Assembly (NCBI GenBank): GCA_035501495.1
Contig: DATJWB010000117.1
Coordinates: 33,955-57,954 of the forward strand
Origin: Bryobacteraceae bacterium
GTDB taxonomy: Bacteria > Acidobacteriota > Terriglobia > Bryobacterales > Bryobacteraceae
Length of the DNA stretch: 24,000 nt
Direction: 5' to 3'
Shown: positions 7,201 to 14,770 of the stretch, in pieces
Numbering within the stretch: position 1 is the first letter of the stretch
How the letters are laid out: every line of letters begins with the position of its first letter
Position numbers and translations under genes: made by a program
The notes under the pieces: model-generated
What the model was told of the DNA's origin: nothing
What the model saw: only the letters and a program-made list of their open reading frames with translations
The model's database searches: none

Positions 7201-9126
7201 CTATCCATTCGAGTTTGCCCGGGCCTTCACGAACGAAGACAACGCGAGTAGCGGGAAATAGTCCTTGTACAGATGGTAGTTGAGATAGAAAACTTTGGGA
7301 AATCCGGTGCCGGTGGCCAGCTTTTCGTTCCAGCCGCCATCCGGGCGCTGAGTTTCCAGCAGATATTCGATGCCGTGCTGCACGCTCAAGCTGTTGGAGT
7401 CGCCCCCGGCAATCAGCCCCAGAATCGCCCACGCCGTTTGGGAAGGCGTGCTCGGACCCGAAACGAATCCGCCGTTGTTGTAGCTGGCGCAACTTTCGCC
7501 CCAACCGCCATCGGCATTCTGAATGGATCGCAGCCACTCGCCGGCGCGCAGAATGTGGGCTTCGCGGTCGCTCTCGCCGGAAGCCGCAAGGCCGCGAAGC
7601 GCGAAACACGTGCCGTAGATGTAGGCCACTCCCCAGCGGCCGTACCAGCTTCCATCCGCCTCCTGGTGCTTCACCAGCCACTCCACGCCGCGCCGCACCG
7701 CGCGATGTTCGCTGGGGAGCCCATGCGCCGCTAATGCCTCCAATACGCGCCCGGTGATGTCCGGACACGTCGGGTCGAGCATGGCATTGTGGTCGGCGAA
7801 CGGGACTTTGTTGAGGAATTCCCAGTTGTTGTCGGCATCGAAGGCGGCCCATCCGCCGTCGCCCGACTGCATCGCCAGAAGCCACTCCAGACCTCGCTTA
7901 TGACAGGCCTTCTGCGCTGCGGAGTTCGACCCGGATGTCTCGCTCAGTGCCAGCATCACCATCGCGGTATCGTCGATATCGGGATAATGCTCGTTGTTGT
8001 AGAAGAATGCCCAGCCGGAAGGCTCGGTTTGGGGCCGCTTCACCGACCAATCGCCCTTTCGCCGAACCTCGCGCGCCAATAGCCAGTCGGCCGCCGGGCG
8101 CAGCCTCGAGTGCCTCGCGTCGCTCTGTCCCAGCGCATATGCGCCGATAGCCGTATCCCACACCGGCGAGAAGCATGGCTGGAAGAAGAAGCGCTCGCCA
8201 TCGTCCACCATCAGGTTGTCGAACTCGCGGAGGGCGCGCACGCGCAGTGGATCGTCGGGCGCCAATCCCAGCGCGTCCAGCGCCATCACCGAGTACATCA
8301 TGGGAGGATAAATCGCTCCCAGTCCATCGGAGTGATCCATCCGCTCGATCATCCACTCCCGGGCCTTGGCAATAGCTTTGCGGCGAATAGACCCGATCCC
8401 GTGGCGCTCCCACCACTTCAACACCGCATCGCCGGTCAGGAAGATGTTGTGCCAGGTGAACCACCGGTCGTCCTTCTGAAACGCGGGACTCACTCCCGGC
8501 AGCCAAAGCTCGTCCAACGTGAAACCGGCCGGCACCGGACGCCGCGGGTTGGAAGCATGCACGATGGAAAGCGACACCACGATCGCACGCGTCCACGCCG
8601 ACATCTGATACAGGAACCGGAACGGCATCAGGATCACTTCCGGCGGAATACTGGGACAGTATTGCCGCGGGTACATATCGAACAGGCTCAGATTTACCTT
8701 GACGTAGCTGTTGGTCGCCTGAATTCCGCCCAAGTCGAGGATGCGCTCGCGCAGGCGGACCATCCGGGAATCGTCGCCGTCCAATCCCGCCAGTTTCAGG
8801 GCGAAATAAGCCTTCACCGAAGCATTGACCTCGGAAGGACCGTCCACGTAGATATTAAAACCGCCGTCTGGAAGCTGCCGCGCGAGAATCGAACGCGCCG
8901 CCTTGTCGATCAGCGGCTTGCTTTCCGGCGCCCAAACTCCCGCCACCGGCGGATGCAGCCACAGTTGAAACAGGATGTAATCGGAATCCAGGGTGGTGTC
9001 GGCGGTCAGTTCGGCGCACCAGTGGCCGTCCGGCCGCTGCAGGCTCACCAGGTAGGCCGCCGCGCGGCGCTTCGCCTGTTCGGCGGCCAATTCCAGAGTA
9101 TTGCGAACTTGTAGCGGAGCGCTCAT
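7201..9126 (-). CDS. shc: Squalene-hopene cyclase
   Basis: 641 aa. The catalytic DxDD motif is in YPDIDDTAMVM. Multiple QW repeats are present (QRPDGHW, QSGDGGWAAF, QEADGSWYGRWG, QNADGGWGE, QRPDGGWNE). The start overlaps the ispH stop by 4 nt. Confidence 0.95.
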   Translation of the reverse strand: MSAPLQVRNTLELAAEQAKRRAAAYLVSLQRPDGHWCAELTADTTLDSDYILFQLWLHPPVAGVWAPESKPLIDKAARSILARQLPDGGFNIYVDGPSEVNASVKAYFALKLAGLDGDDSRMVRLRERILDLGGIQATNSYVKVNLSLFDMYPRQYCPSIPPEVILMPFRFLYQMSAWTRAIVVSLSIVHASNPRRPVPAGFTLDELWLPGVSPAFQKDDRWFTWHNIFLTGDAVLKWWERHGIGSIRRKAIAKAREWMIERMDHSDGLGAIYPPMMYSVMALDALGLAPDDPLRVRALREFDNLMVDDGERFFFQPCFSPVWDTAIGAYALGQSDARHSRLRPAADWLLAREVRRKGDWSVKRPQTEPSGWAFFYNNEHYPDIDDTAMVMLALSETSGSNSAAQKACHKRGLEWLLAMQSGDGGWAAFDADNNWEFLNKVPFADHNAMLDPTCPDITGRVLEALAAHGLPSEHRAVRRGVEWLVKHQEADGSWYGRWGVAYIYGTCFALRGLAASGESDREAHILRAGEWLRSIQNADGGWGESCASYNNGGFVSGPSTPSQTAWAILGLIAGGDSNSLSVQHGIEYLLETQRPDGGWNEKLATGTGFPKVFYLNYHLYKDYFPLLALSSFVKARANSNG

Positions 9127-10094
9127 CGGATCGACACGGTCAGTTCGGCGGGCAAAGAGAACCGCACGTCTTCATCCACCAGTTCGATCTCCTCCATCTG
9201 GTGAAAGCCCAGTTTCCGCAGGAATTCGATCAGTTCCTGCACCAAGTGTTCCGGCGCGGAGGCGCCGGCCGTCACGCCAACGTTGCGAATGCCGTTGAGC
9301 CAACCGCCATCCACATCGCTGCGATCGTTCACCAGGAACGAGCGAACTCCGAAATTCTGGCCGACTTCCACCAGGCGCTTGGAGTTCGAACTGTTTTGCG
9401 AGCCGACCACCAGCAGTAACTCGACGTGATCGGAAATCGCCTTCACCGCCATCTGCCGGTTCTCGGTGGCATAACAGATGTCCTGCGCCGGAGGTCCTTC
9501 CACAAACGGAAATCGCTCCTTCAGCCGGTTCACGATGTCGCGCGTCTCATCCAGGCTCAGAGTGGTCTGTGTCAAATACCGGACACGTGTCGGGTCGGGA
9601 AGTTCCAACCGGTCGACATCTTCGACAGTCTCCACCAGGTAGCTCCGCTCCGGCACTTCCCCAAGCGTACCAATCACTTCATCGTGATCTTTGTGGCCGA
9701 TGAGCACAATACTGTAGCCGTCCCTGGCAAACCTCACGGCCTCCAGATGCACTTTGGTGACCAGCGGGCAGGTGGCATCGATCACATCCAACCGCCGCTC
9801 CAGGGCTTGCCTCCGAACCGACGGCGCGACACCGTGGGCGCTGAAGATCGCGCGCGCCCCGTTTGGCACCTCGTCCAGTTCCTCCACGAAGATGGCGCCG
9901 GCCTCTCGCAATTCGTCCACCACATGCTTGTTGTGCACGATCTCCTTGCGCACGTACACAGGCGGACCGTACAGGTCAAGAGCGATCTTCACCACATCGA
10001 TCGCCCGCACTACCCCTGCACAAAAACCGCGCGGCTTAAGCAAAAATATCTTTTTGTCCGCGCCGTGATTCGGTGCGAATAGCTTAAGTGGCAT
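9123..10094 (-). CDS. ispH: 4-hydroxy-3-methylbut-2-enyl diphosphate reductase IspH/LytB
   Basis: PRGFCAGVVRAI, DATCPLVTKVH and DICYATENRQ supply the three conserved Fe-S cysteines. Also present are SAHGV, VVGSQNSSNSKRL and GVTAGASAPE. Start set at ATG 10094 (MPLKLFAP...); the 44 upstream codons of the track ORF have no IspH counterpart. Confidence 0.9.
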   Translation of the reverse strand: MPLKLFAPNHGADKKIFLLKPRGFCAGVVRAIDVVKIALDLYGPPVYVRKEIVHNKHVVDELREAGAIFVEELDEVPNGARAIFSAHGVAPSVRRQALERRLDVIDATCPLVTKVHLEAVRFARDGYSIVLIGHKDHDEVIGTLGEVPERSYLVETVEDVDRLELPDPTRVRYLTQTTLSLDETRDIVNRLKERFPFVEGPPAQDICYATENRQMAVKAISDHVELLLVVGSQNSSNSKRLVEVGQNFGVRSFLVNDRSDVDGGWLNGIRNVGVTAGASAPEHLVQELIEFLRKLGFHQMEEIELVDEDVRFSLPAELTVSIR

Positions 10095-10264
10095 AAAGGG
10101 AGTATTTCTGATTATAGCAGGCAGTACCACCCCACGCACTGGGAAAAACCGTGAATCGCAAGCATTTGGAGTCGAGCGCCGGACGATTTCCAACGCCCGA
10201 ATAGTACTTCCCCAGTCGATTTTCACATAGCTCGTCCGGCGTGATTATGTAAAAAGAGACCATC

Positions 10265-11050
10265 ATGAACGCCTACGCCAACCTGAACGGACTGAACCTC
10301 TATTATGAAATCCACGGCGAGGGAACGCCGTTAATTCTCTTGCACGGAGGCTTGGGTTCGACCGAAATGTCGAGCCCTATGACCAAAACCTTATCGCAGG
10401 GGCGCCGGGTCATAGCCGTCGATTTGCAGGCTCACGGCCGAACTGCCGACATCGACCGCCCGATCCGCTACGAAGCCATGGGTGACGATATCGCCGGCTT
10501 GATCGCGCACCTGGGTATCGAACAGGCCGACCTGATGGGCTATTCGCTGGGCGCCGGCGTGGCTCTTCGCACCGCCATCCAACACCCGGCCGTGGTTCGA
10601 AAACTGGTGGTGGTTTCAACCACGTTTCGCCGGGATGGCTGGTACCCCGAGATTATGGCGGCCGTTTCCCGCATGGACGCCGCGTCCGCCGAGTCGATGA
10701 AACAGAGCCCCCTCTACAAGGTATACGCGCGGGTGGCGCCACGGCCCAAAGACTGGCCGGTGCTGCTGTTCAAACTCCGCGATCTGCTGGCGAATGACTA
10801 CGATTGGTCGAAAGAGGTGGCCGCGATCCAAACCCCCACCTTGCTCGTCTTTGCCGATGCCGACTCGATTCTGCCGGCGCACATCGTCGAGTTCTACTCC
10901 CTGCTCGGTGGCGGCAAGCGCGATGCCGGCTGGGACGGATCCGGCATGCCTCAATCCCAACTCGCCATCCTCCCCGGCCTGACGCATTACAACATCCCCT
11001 CGTCCCCCTTGCTCCACGCAGCAGCCAGCTCGTTCCTCGATAGGCCGTAG
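10265..11050 (+). CDS. Alpha/beta-fold hydrolase
   Basis: HGGLG oxyanion-type motif, nucleophile elbow GYSLGAG, acid residue in VFADADS, and His in LPGLTHYN. The length of 261 aa is typical. Confidence 0.85.
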   Translation: MNAYANLNGLNLYYEIHGEGTPLILLHGGLGSTEMSSPMTKTLSQGRRVIAVDLQAHGRTADIDRPIRYEAMGDDIAGLIAHLGIEQADLMGYSLGAGVALRTAIQHPAVVRKLVVVSTTFRRDGWYPEIMAAVSRMDAASAESMKQSPLYKVYARVAPRPKDWPVLLFKLRDLLANDYDWSKEVAAIQTPTLLVFADADSILPAHIVEFYSLLGGGKRDAGWDGSGMPQSQLAILPGLTHYNIPSSPLLHAAASSFLDRP

Positions 11051-11068
11051 CCCCGCGAGCGCACGAGC

Positions 11069-11500
11069 CTACCGTCCCGAAGATCCAAATCCACCCGCGC
11101 CGCGCCTCGAGTCGGCCAACTCCCCTTCCACCCACTCCACCGCCTCGTACCGCGACACAATCATCTGCGCGATTCGATCGCCCGCATGGATGGTGTACGG
11201 CTCTTTTCCCAAATTGAGCAGAATCACGCGAATCTCTCCCCGATATCCCGGGTCGATCGTGCCCGGCGTATTGGGGCTTGTGATGGCGTGCCGCAATGCC
11301 AGGCCGCTGCGCGGGCGCACCTGCGCCTCATACCCCGACGGCAGTTCGATCGTCAGCCCCGTCGGCACCAGGCGCGGCACCCCCGGCTCCAGCGTGACCT
11401 CCTCCACGGCGCGCAAATCCATCCCCGCGTCTTCTTCCGGCCCATGTGCGTAACTGGGCAGAAAAGCCTCGGGGTGGATGCGTCGAATTCGGATCCGCAT
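11069..11500 (-). CDS. dut: dUTP diphosphatase (trimeric dUTPase)
   Basis: DAGMDLRA, RPRSGLA, GTIDPGYRGEI and the C-terminal RGAGGFGSSG motif. This is only the last 143 codons of track ORF 11069..12250. An alternative ATG at 11512 would add MIAG. Confidence 0.9.
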   Translation of the reverse strand: MRIRIRRIHPEAFLPSYAHGPEEDAGMDLRAVEEVTLEPGVPRLVPTGLTIELPSGYEAQVRPRSGLALRHAITSPNTPGTIDPGYRGEIRVILLNLGKEPYTIHAGDRIAQMIVSRYEAVEWVEGELADSRRGAGGFGSSGR

Positions 11501-11518
11501 TCCCGCTATCATAGCGTC

Positions 11519-12949
11519 TTGACCCCCACCAAACGCGTCATCACCGTGGCGCCCATGCCGCCCGAAAAGAGCGCCTATGCCCTGGCCCGCTACAGCCGGT
11601 CGCCCGATTCCATCCGCGACTCGATCGCATGGGTTCGCACCCACGACTCGCAGAAATTCCTTGAGAGCTTCTATTTCCAATACGGCCACGCCTCCATCGC
11701 CGACCTCGGCCACACGGTCCTCTGCTTCGAGGGCATTTCCGAACTGGCCGCCACCGAAATCGAGGAGGAGAGCCTCTGGGACGGCCAGGCGAAATCGTCG
11801 CGCTACCAGGACTTCTCGCGTTCCGGCTTCGTGACCCCGCCCGAATTCTCCGCCCCCCAGTCCGAGGCATATCGCGCGGCGGGCGAGCGCCTGCTCCGCG
11901 CCTACAGCCTCGTGAACGAACGCGTCTTCGCCTCTCTTTCGGAGCGCCTGCCCCGCCCTGCGGACATGAAGCCCGAGCCCTACCAGCGGAACCTGGCGGC
12001 CCGTGCCTTCGACGTAGCCCGCTACCTGCTCTTCTGGGGAGTGCCCACCAACGTGGGCCAGGTCACCAGCATCCGAACCCTCGAAAAGCAGATCCGCCGC
12101 CTCAAAGCCTCCCCCTATGCCGAACTGCGCAGCCTCGGAGAGGAGATCGCGCAAGCCTGCGCCGCCGAGCCAGACTGCCGCTGGGATCTCCAATCGGCCT
12201 CCGAACCCCTGGCCCCGACGCTCGCCCGCCACGCCGACCCGGATCAGCACGCAGTGACGTCACGCGAAGACCTGAAGCGCTGGGCCGAGCAGAATCTTCC
12301 GCCAGCGGCTGGAGCATGCTCCGTGCGCGTGGACCTCGTCCGTCCGGCGAATGTACCGGCCGATATCGTGGCCACTCTGCTCTACCCTGTGACCGGCCGC
12401 CCCTTCCGGGAGTTGTACCAGGTGGCGTGCGACTGGAGCGAGGGCCGCCGCGCCGAGGTGATCGATGTGGCGCTGGGCTCGCGCACGCGACGCGACGAAA
12501 TCCTCGCCGGATTCCGCGGCGGGCTCTACGCCTACGATTTCGTCATCGATATCGGCGCGTACCGGGATCTTCACCGCCATCGCCGCTGCCAGAAGTTCCG
12601 TCAGGACTACTCCGGCGACCTGGGCTATGACACGCCTCAACTGGTGCTCGATGCGGGAGCTGCCGAACCGTACGGGGCGGCCATGAACGACGCGTTCGAA
12701 ACCATGCGGACTCTTCCCGCTCCCGGAGCGCACTACCTCCTTCCGTTTGGCGCGCGCTCGCGATTTCTCTTCAAGATGGATTTCGCCGAGGCCGAATATA
12801 TCTCCCAACTCCGCAGCGGCGTGAAAGGCCACTTCTCCTACCGCGAAATCGCCTGGGAGATGAAGTGCAAAATGGAGCAGGTCGAGCCCGAATTGGGCCG
12901 GCTCATCCAGGCAACTCCTCCCTGGGTGGAAGATCCGCTGAAGCGATGA
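11519..12949 (+). CDS. thyX: ThyX-family (Thy1 domain) protein, long two-lobe form; putative FAD-dependent thymidylate synthase
   Basis: The second lobe has DIGAYRDLHRHRRCQ (the RHR motif of ThyX) and LLPFGARSRFLFKMDFAEAEYISQLR. The first lobe is ThyX-like (YGHASIADLGH, SSRY, ARYLLFWGVPTN) but has EEE where RHR is expected. The part of the track ORF upstream of about 11500 overlaps dut and is rejected. The start is uncertain: TTG 11519, GTG 11549 or ATG 11555. Confidence 0.65.
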   Translation: MTPTKRVITVAPMPPEKSAYALARYSRSPDSIRDSIAWVRTHDSQKFLESFYFQYGHASIADLGHTVLCFEGISELAATEIEEESLWDGQAKSSRYQDFSRSGFVTPPEFSAPQSEAYRAAGERLLRAYSLVNERVFASLSERLPRPADMKPEPYQRNLAARAFDVARYLLFWGVPTNVGQVTSIRTLEKQIRRLKASPYAELRSLGEEIAQACAAEPDCRWDLQSASEPLAPTLARHADPDQHAVTSREDLKRWAEQNLPPAAGACSVRVDLVRPANVPADIVATLLYPVTGRPFRELYQVACDWSEGRRAEVIDVALGSRTRRDEILAGFRGGLYAYDFVIDIGAYRDLHRHRRCQKFRQDYSGDLGYDTPQLVLDAGAAEPYGAAMNDAFETMRTLPAPGAHYLLPFGARSRFLFKMDFAEAEYISQLRSGVKGHFSYREIAWEMKCKMEQVEPELGRLIQATPPWVEDPLKR

Positions 12950-13155
12950 TCCTTCAGTTATCCGGCGGCTGCTTGCCGGTGAGGATCAAGTCGGCGAAGA
13001 CGCGCAGCACCCCGATGTATTCGTCATGAGCCTTGCTCTCGGTCCGCAATGCTCGTTGCATTCTACTCCGCGGTAGCATATGCAGCATTTGGGCCACATG
13101 GCTCGACTTCCGCCTGGCGTGTTCCAGTACACTCACGGAGCACCTCTCTTGCGGG

Positions 13156-13215
13156 CGATTGTGGCGCGGGCACTCGTGCCTGGTGTGTGCCGAGACTCCC
13201 TCGGCGCTTGTCGGT
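13156..13215. repeat. Second, partial copy of the intergenic repeat seen at 5969-6025
   Basis: Manual alignment, same orientation. 5969-5994 vs 13156-13182 gives 24 identities with 1 indel and 2 mismatches. Then 6000-6008 = 13190-13198 (9/9), 6011-6020 = 13200-13209 (10/10) and 6021-6025 = 13211-13215 (5/5). The copy contains the perfect palindrome GGCAC-TC-GTGCC (13169-13180) and the hairpin gccgag/ctcggc (13189-13205). Confidence 0.6.
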
Positions 13216-13289
13216 CGCCAGGCGTCTCGCTGGCGCACGTGTGGCGCGCGCGTCACCCTTTCTCGCCTTCGTGAGAATAAGGAGTGCGT

Positions 13290-13499
13290 ATGACCGAAAG
13301 CGATCTCCTCCGGCTATCCGCGGAAGGCGATGAGACCGCTTTCGAAGTCCTCTGCCACCATCACCGCGATGCAGTCTTTCGCTTCGCCTGGGTGCTCACG
13401 AAGTCGCCCGCCGATGCCGAGGAAATTGTCCAGGAATGCTTCCTCACATTGAATCGAAAGGCGGCGGAGTTCGATCCCCGGCGCGCCCACCAGGGCTAA
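13290..13499 (+). pseudogene. ECF (sigma-70 family) sigma factor truncated after region 2
   Basis: MTESDLLRLSAEGDETAFEVLCHHHRDAVFRFAWVLTKSPADAEEIVQECFLTLNRKAAEFDP is a typical ECF region-2 sequence. AAGGAG lies 5 nt upstream of the ATG. The ORF stops after 69 codons, whereas full ECF sigmas are about 170-200 aa, and no region 4 was found downstream. Confidence 0.6.
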
Positions 13500-13533
13500 A
13501 TAGCCCCAATTTCCCTTCCTCGATTATCAAAAT

Positions 13534-13557
13534 GCCTGCAGCAATGCGGGCTTTTTT
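13534..13557 (+). terminator. Candidate intrinsic terminator
   Basis: Stem gcctgca (13534-13540), loop gcaa, stem tgcgggc (13545-13551): 7 bp including one G-U pair. It is followed by TTTTTT (13552-13557). Confidence 0.45.
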
Positions 13558-13651
13558 CGGTCTGGCCCCTTGCCAAACTACCCGGAGCTTGCGGGGGGGC
13601 GAGCTCGTCGCTGATTCCCTCGCTTAAGTTTGGGTGAATGGAATGGCTGAT

Positions 13652-13680
13652 TTGACACCCACACGAATTGTGTGTAGGCT
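13652..13680 (+). promoter_or_regulatory. Candidate sigma-70 promoter of the TA operon with an inverted-repeat operator in the spacer
   Basis: Perfect -35 TTGACA (13652-13657), 17-nt spacer, weak -10 TAGGCT (13675-13680). The inverted repeat CACAC-gaatt-GTGTG (13660-13674) lies in the spacer, as expected for antitoxin autoregulation. Confidence 0.4.
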
Positions 13681-13711
13681 TCAGGTAGAAGATCACGAAT
13701 GCCCAACTCCT

Positions 13712-13981
13712 ATGAGCAAGAGAATCAACATCATGCTCCCGGAAAAGACCTTGGCTGTGCTGGACCGGGTGGCCCCTAAGGGGAGCCGCAGCCGCCTGGT
13801 CTCCGAAGCCGTGCTTCACTTCGTGGAAGCGCAAGGCAAGAAGAGCCTGAGGGAACAGCTGAAAGCAGGCGCCCTGGCTAACGCCGATGAGAATCTGAAG
13901 ATTGCGGCGGCGTGGTTTCCCTTAGAGGAAGAACTATGGCAAAAACCACGCGTCGGCCGCCGGGCCAAAAGCAAAAAGTAA
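13712..13981 (+). CDS. Ribbon-helix-helix (CopG-like) antitoxin
   Basis: MSKRINIMLPEKTLAVLDRVAPKGSRSRLVSEAVLHFVE shows an N-terminal beta-strand followed by two helices, the RHH pattern. It lies directly upstream of and overlaps the MazF-like toxin. The earlier in-frame ATG at 13643 lies upstream of the predicted promoter. Confidence 0.7.
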   Translation: MSKRINIMLPEKTLAVLDRVAPKGSRSRLVSEAVLHFVEAQGKKSLREQLKAGALANADENLKIAAAWFPLEEELWQKPRVGRRAKSKK

Positions 13982-14334
13982 TTCCACTGCTCCGTGGCGA
14001 CGTCTACCTCTGCAGCCTTGATCCCACGATTGGCCACGAAATGAAGAAGACCCGGCCGGCGCTGGTCATTCAGAATGACGTCGGAAACCGCTACAGCTCG
14101 GTAACAATCGTGGCGGCGATCACATCCACCCTCTCTCCCGTTCCGTATCCAGTGGAAGTTGTGGTTGACGCCTCCACTACCAACGGCCTGGGGGTCCGGT
14201 CCTCCATCCGCCTTGACCAGATCCGCAGCGTCGATCGCCAGCGCCTGATCCGGCGGCTGGGCGTACTTGACTCCACAACAATGGCCAAGGTCGACGAAGC
14301 CATCAAGATCAGTTTGGGACTGGTCAGACTATGA
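13936..14334 (+). CDS. mazF: MazF/PemK-family type II toxin endoribonuclease
   Basis: RGDVYLCSLDPTIGHEMKKTRPALVIQNDVGNRYSSVTIVAAITS matches the PemK/MazF signature. The ATG at 13936 is preceded by GAGGAAG. Confidence 0.85.
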   Translation: MAKTTRRPPGQKQKVIPLLRGDVYLCSLDPTIGHEMKKTRPALVIQNDVGNRYSSVTIVAAITSTLSPVPYPVEVVVDASTTNGLGVRSSIRLDQIRSVDRQRLIRRLGVLDSTTMAKVDEAIKISLGLVRL

Positions 14335-14383
14335 AGATAAAGCACGAGTTGACGTCTGCTGGCTTGGCAAAGCCGCGTCTTTT

Positions 14384-14770
14384 GTGTCGCCGTCGCAACG
14401 GGATATCGTGAAACGCCTCACAGGGTACTACCTCGACTCTGGCGACTTCAACGGCTATCGAGTTAGGCAACTGGAAGACGATTTTGCGATTCCGTGGGAG
14501 CAGGGGCTCGAAATCCTTCAAGGGCTCATCAAACTCGGTCGTGTTTCGATAGTAACCAGCCACGCCGAGAATCCGTGTATAAAGTGATTTGCGGATCCAC
14601 CAAAGGAACGACGGCTTGAGTTGCTTAACCCTTCAGATTTGGACCATACCTGCATCTATCCGTCGCACGCTGATCTCAGGCGCCTTGTCAATCCAAGGAA
14701 TTACAAAAGCGGACCATTCACGCTTCGGTTGGCTTTGCGAGAGCCCCAACTCGAGTACGGCGCAACCTGA
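14384..14770 (+). pseudogene. Remnant of a hypothetical gene interrupted by an in-frame TGA (14585-14587) and truncated at its 3' end
   Basis: GTG 14384 gives VSPSQRDIVKRLTGYYLDSGDFNGYRVRQLEDDF...HAENPCIK, then TGA. The same frame continues FADPPKERRLELLNPSDLDHTCIYPSHADLRRLVNPRNYKSGPFTLRLALREPQLEYGAT. Both halves look protein-like. The family was not identified. Confidence 0.4.

Noticed and set aside
120-9114. Long plus-strand ORFs opposite the hopanoid operon (120-1301, 1304-2266, 2578-3204, 4992-6143, 6175-7251, 8110-9114 and many shorter ones)
   Set aside because: Their translations are Arg/Ala/Pro/Gly-rich and low in complexity, with no recognisable motifs. Each lies antisense to a gene with strong family signatures. 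These are typical shadow ORFs of high-GC DNA.
9582-9591. Perfect 10-bp palindrome GACACGTGTC inside ispH, resembling the spacer 12-mers without the 2-nt centre
   Set aside because: It is a single occurrence within coding sequence with different spacing. A 10-bp GC-rich palindrome is plausible by chance.
10222-10250. Possible promoter for the alpha/beta hydrolase (TTCACA, 17 nt, TTATGT) in the ispH/hydrolase divergent region
   Set aside because: The -10 match is poor and the resulting leader would be only about 10 nt. There is not enough support.
12463-12473. Third exact copy of the 11-mer cgatgtggcgc (the terminal repeat of the 5969-6089 element) inside the thyX-like CDS
   Set aside because: There is no flanking similarity to the element, and it lies in frame within coding sequence. 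It was recorded only because it should temper any claim that the 11-mer is unique to the element.
12954-13256. 100-aa minus-strand ORF between thyX-like and the sigma fragment
   Set aside because: Its 5' two-thirds run through the intergenic repeat copy (13156-13215) and look non-coding. Only the last ~35 codons (12954-13058, MQRALRTESKAHDEYIGVLRVFADLILTGKQPPDN) have good GC3, so they may be a gene remnant. No family was recognised, so it is not called.
14585-14587. In-frame TGA as a possible selenocysteine codon
   Set aside because: No SECIS-like hairpin lies immediately downstream. The gene is also 3'-truncated and sits in a decayed islet, so a simple nonsense mutation is more likely.
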